Positions 31,536 through 32,000 of a stretch of 32,000 bases of DNA are shown here, piece by piece; within the stretch, counting starts at the first letter, position 1, and the number at the start of each line of letters is the position of its first letter. Made by a program: the position numbers and the translations under genes. This DNA comes from Archaeoglobus fulgidus DSM 4304 (GTDB taxonomy: Archaea > Halobacteriota > Archaeoglobi > Archaeoglobales > Archaeoglobaceae), in NCBI RefSeq assembly GCF_000008665.1, contig NC_000917.1:1080001-1112000 (forward strand), in the 5' to 3' direction. The notes below the pieces were generated by a model. The model made no database searches and was not told the origin of the DNA. It saw nothing but the letters and a program-made list of their open reading frames with translations.

Positions 31536-32000
31536 ATGGCAATAGACCTCTCCGGCGTGGGAACGAAGTATGAAATAGATACTCCCGATGGCAAGGTAGC
31601 GGTCGTTTTTCTTGACACGGGTAAAATACAGCTTTACATTTTGGAAAAAAGTTGTGGCAAGCCGTGCTGCGTAACTCTAACGGCCGAAGAGGCAAGGAGA
31701 GTTGCAAGCGTTCTTTCGGGCTCAATTCTGGAGCGGGAAGAAGAGGGTATGGAACTCTCCCTTCCGGGACTTGCAGAACTTAGAATAGCCGTCCACACCT
31801 ACACAGTTCCGAAGAGGCTGTCAGGGAAGAGCATAGGTGAGCTGGGAATAAGAAGCAAGACAGGAGCAACGGTGATAGCGGTTTTGAAGAAGGAGAAGAC
31901 AATAATCAGCCCCTCTCCAGAAACCGTTCTTGAGCCTGGGGATAAGGTGGTTGTCATAGGTGAGAAGCACCAGATAGAGAACTTCGAGAAGTTCCTCAGG
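31536..32000 (+). CDS. TrkA-C (RCK_C) domain protein, KhtT-like cation:proton antiporter regulatory subunit; the 3' end lies beyond the window
   Basis: This ORF is absent from the ORF track because it has no stop in the window. Translation from the ATG at 31536 reads MAIDLSGVGTKYEIDTPDGKVAVVFLDTGKIQLYILEK...LRIAVHTYTVPKRLSGKSIGELGIRSKTGATVIAVLKKEKTIISPSPETVLEPGDKVVVIGEKHQIENFEKFLR. The GKSIGELxIR...GATVIAV...P...L..GD.LVVIG pattern is the TrkA-C signature. The 465 nt are in frame through position 32000. Confidence 0.7.
   Translation, partial: MAIDLSGVGTKYEIDTPDGKVAVVFLDTGKIQLYILEKSCGKPCCVTLTAEEARRVASVLSGSILEREEEGMELSLPGLAELRIAVHTYTVPKRLSGKSIGELGIRSKTGATVIAVLKKEKTIISPSPETVLEPGDKVVVIGEKHQIENFEKFLR

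Noticed and set aside
31453-31725. 90-aa minus-strand ORF
   Set aside because: It is antisense to the TrkA-C domain gene that starts at 31536. That gene has a clear RCK_C signature and remains open to the window edge.
1-32000. Search for tRNA, rRNA, CRISPR arrays, IS elements, integrases or prophage and defence islands
   Set aside because: - Apart from the 191-nt cytochrome/hdrA region, all intergenic regions are 110 nt or shorter, and each is accounted for by promoters or terminators.
- No cloverleaf-capable segment is present.
- No repeat-spacer periodicity is present.
- No transposase, integrase or nuclease gene signatures appear.
- No compositional break suggests an island.

Overview
This is a gene-dense archaeal chromosomal segment, roughly 93% coding, with no rRNA, tRNA, CRISPR array or mobile element that I can see. 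Gene content points to an Archaeoglobus-type euryarchaeon: an F420-dependent reductase, ADP-forming acetyl-CoA synthetase, CetZ tubulin, class I LysRS, aRF1, TFS, an HdrA/MvhD fusion, TrpB2 and hemL-hemC-cobA. From memory the gene order resembles the A. fulgidus AF1211-AF1243 region, but I cannot verify that here. All family calls come from motifs read in the translated ORFs; no homology search was run. I call about 34 genes.

First genes of transcription units have a TATA box centred 24-29 nt upstream of the ATG, which suggests leaderless mRNAs. Internal genes have GGAGGTGA-type Shine-Dalgarno sites and stop/start overlaps.

The most notable observations are:
- An exported octaheme c-type cytochrome gene is split over three reading frames, with a hidden C-terminal membrane anchor beyond its stop codon.
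- A repeat-rich cell-surface protein gene next to an RND exporter is also frameshifted.
- A tightly coupled four-gene operon encodes Roadblock/LC7-like proteins plus an exported coiled-coil membrane protein, with no GTPase partner nearby.
- A stand-alone Pta-N-terminal-like (DRTGG) protein is translationally coupled to ADP-forming acetyl-CoA synthetase.
- A 31-codon membrane micro-ORF is coupled to a sodium:solute symporter.
- Two candidate operators lie in divergent promoter regions: a 14-bp direct repeat with 21-bp period, and a 17-bp perfect palindrome.
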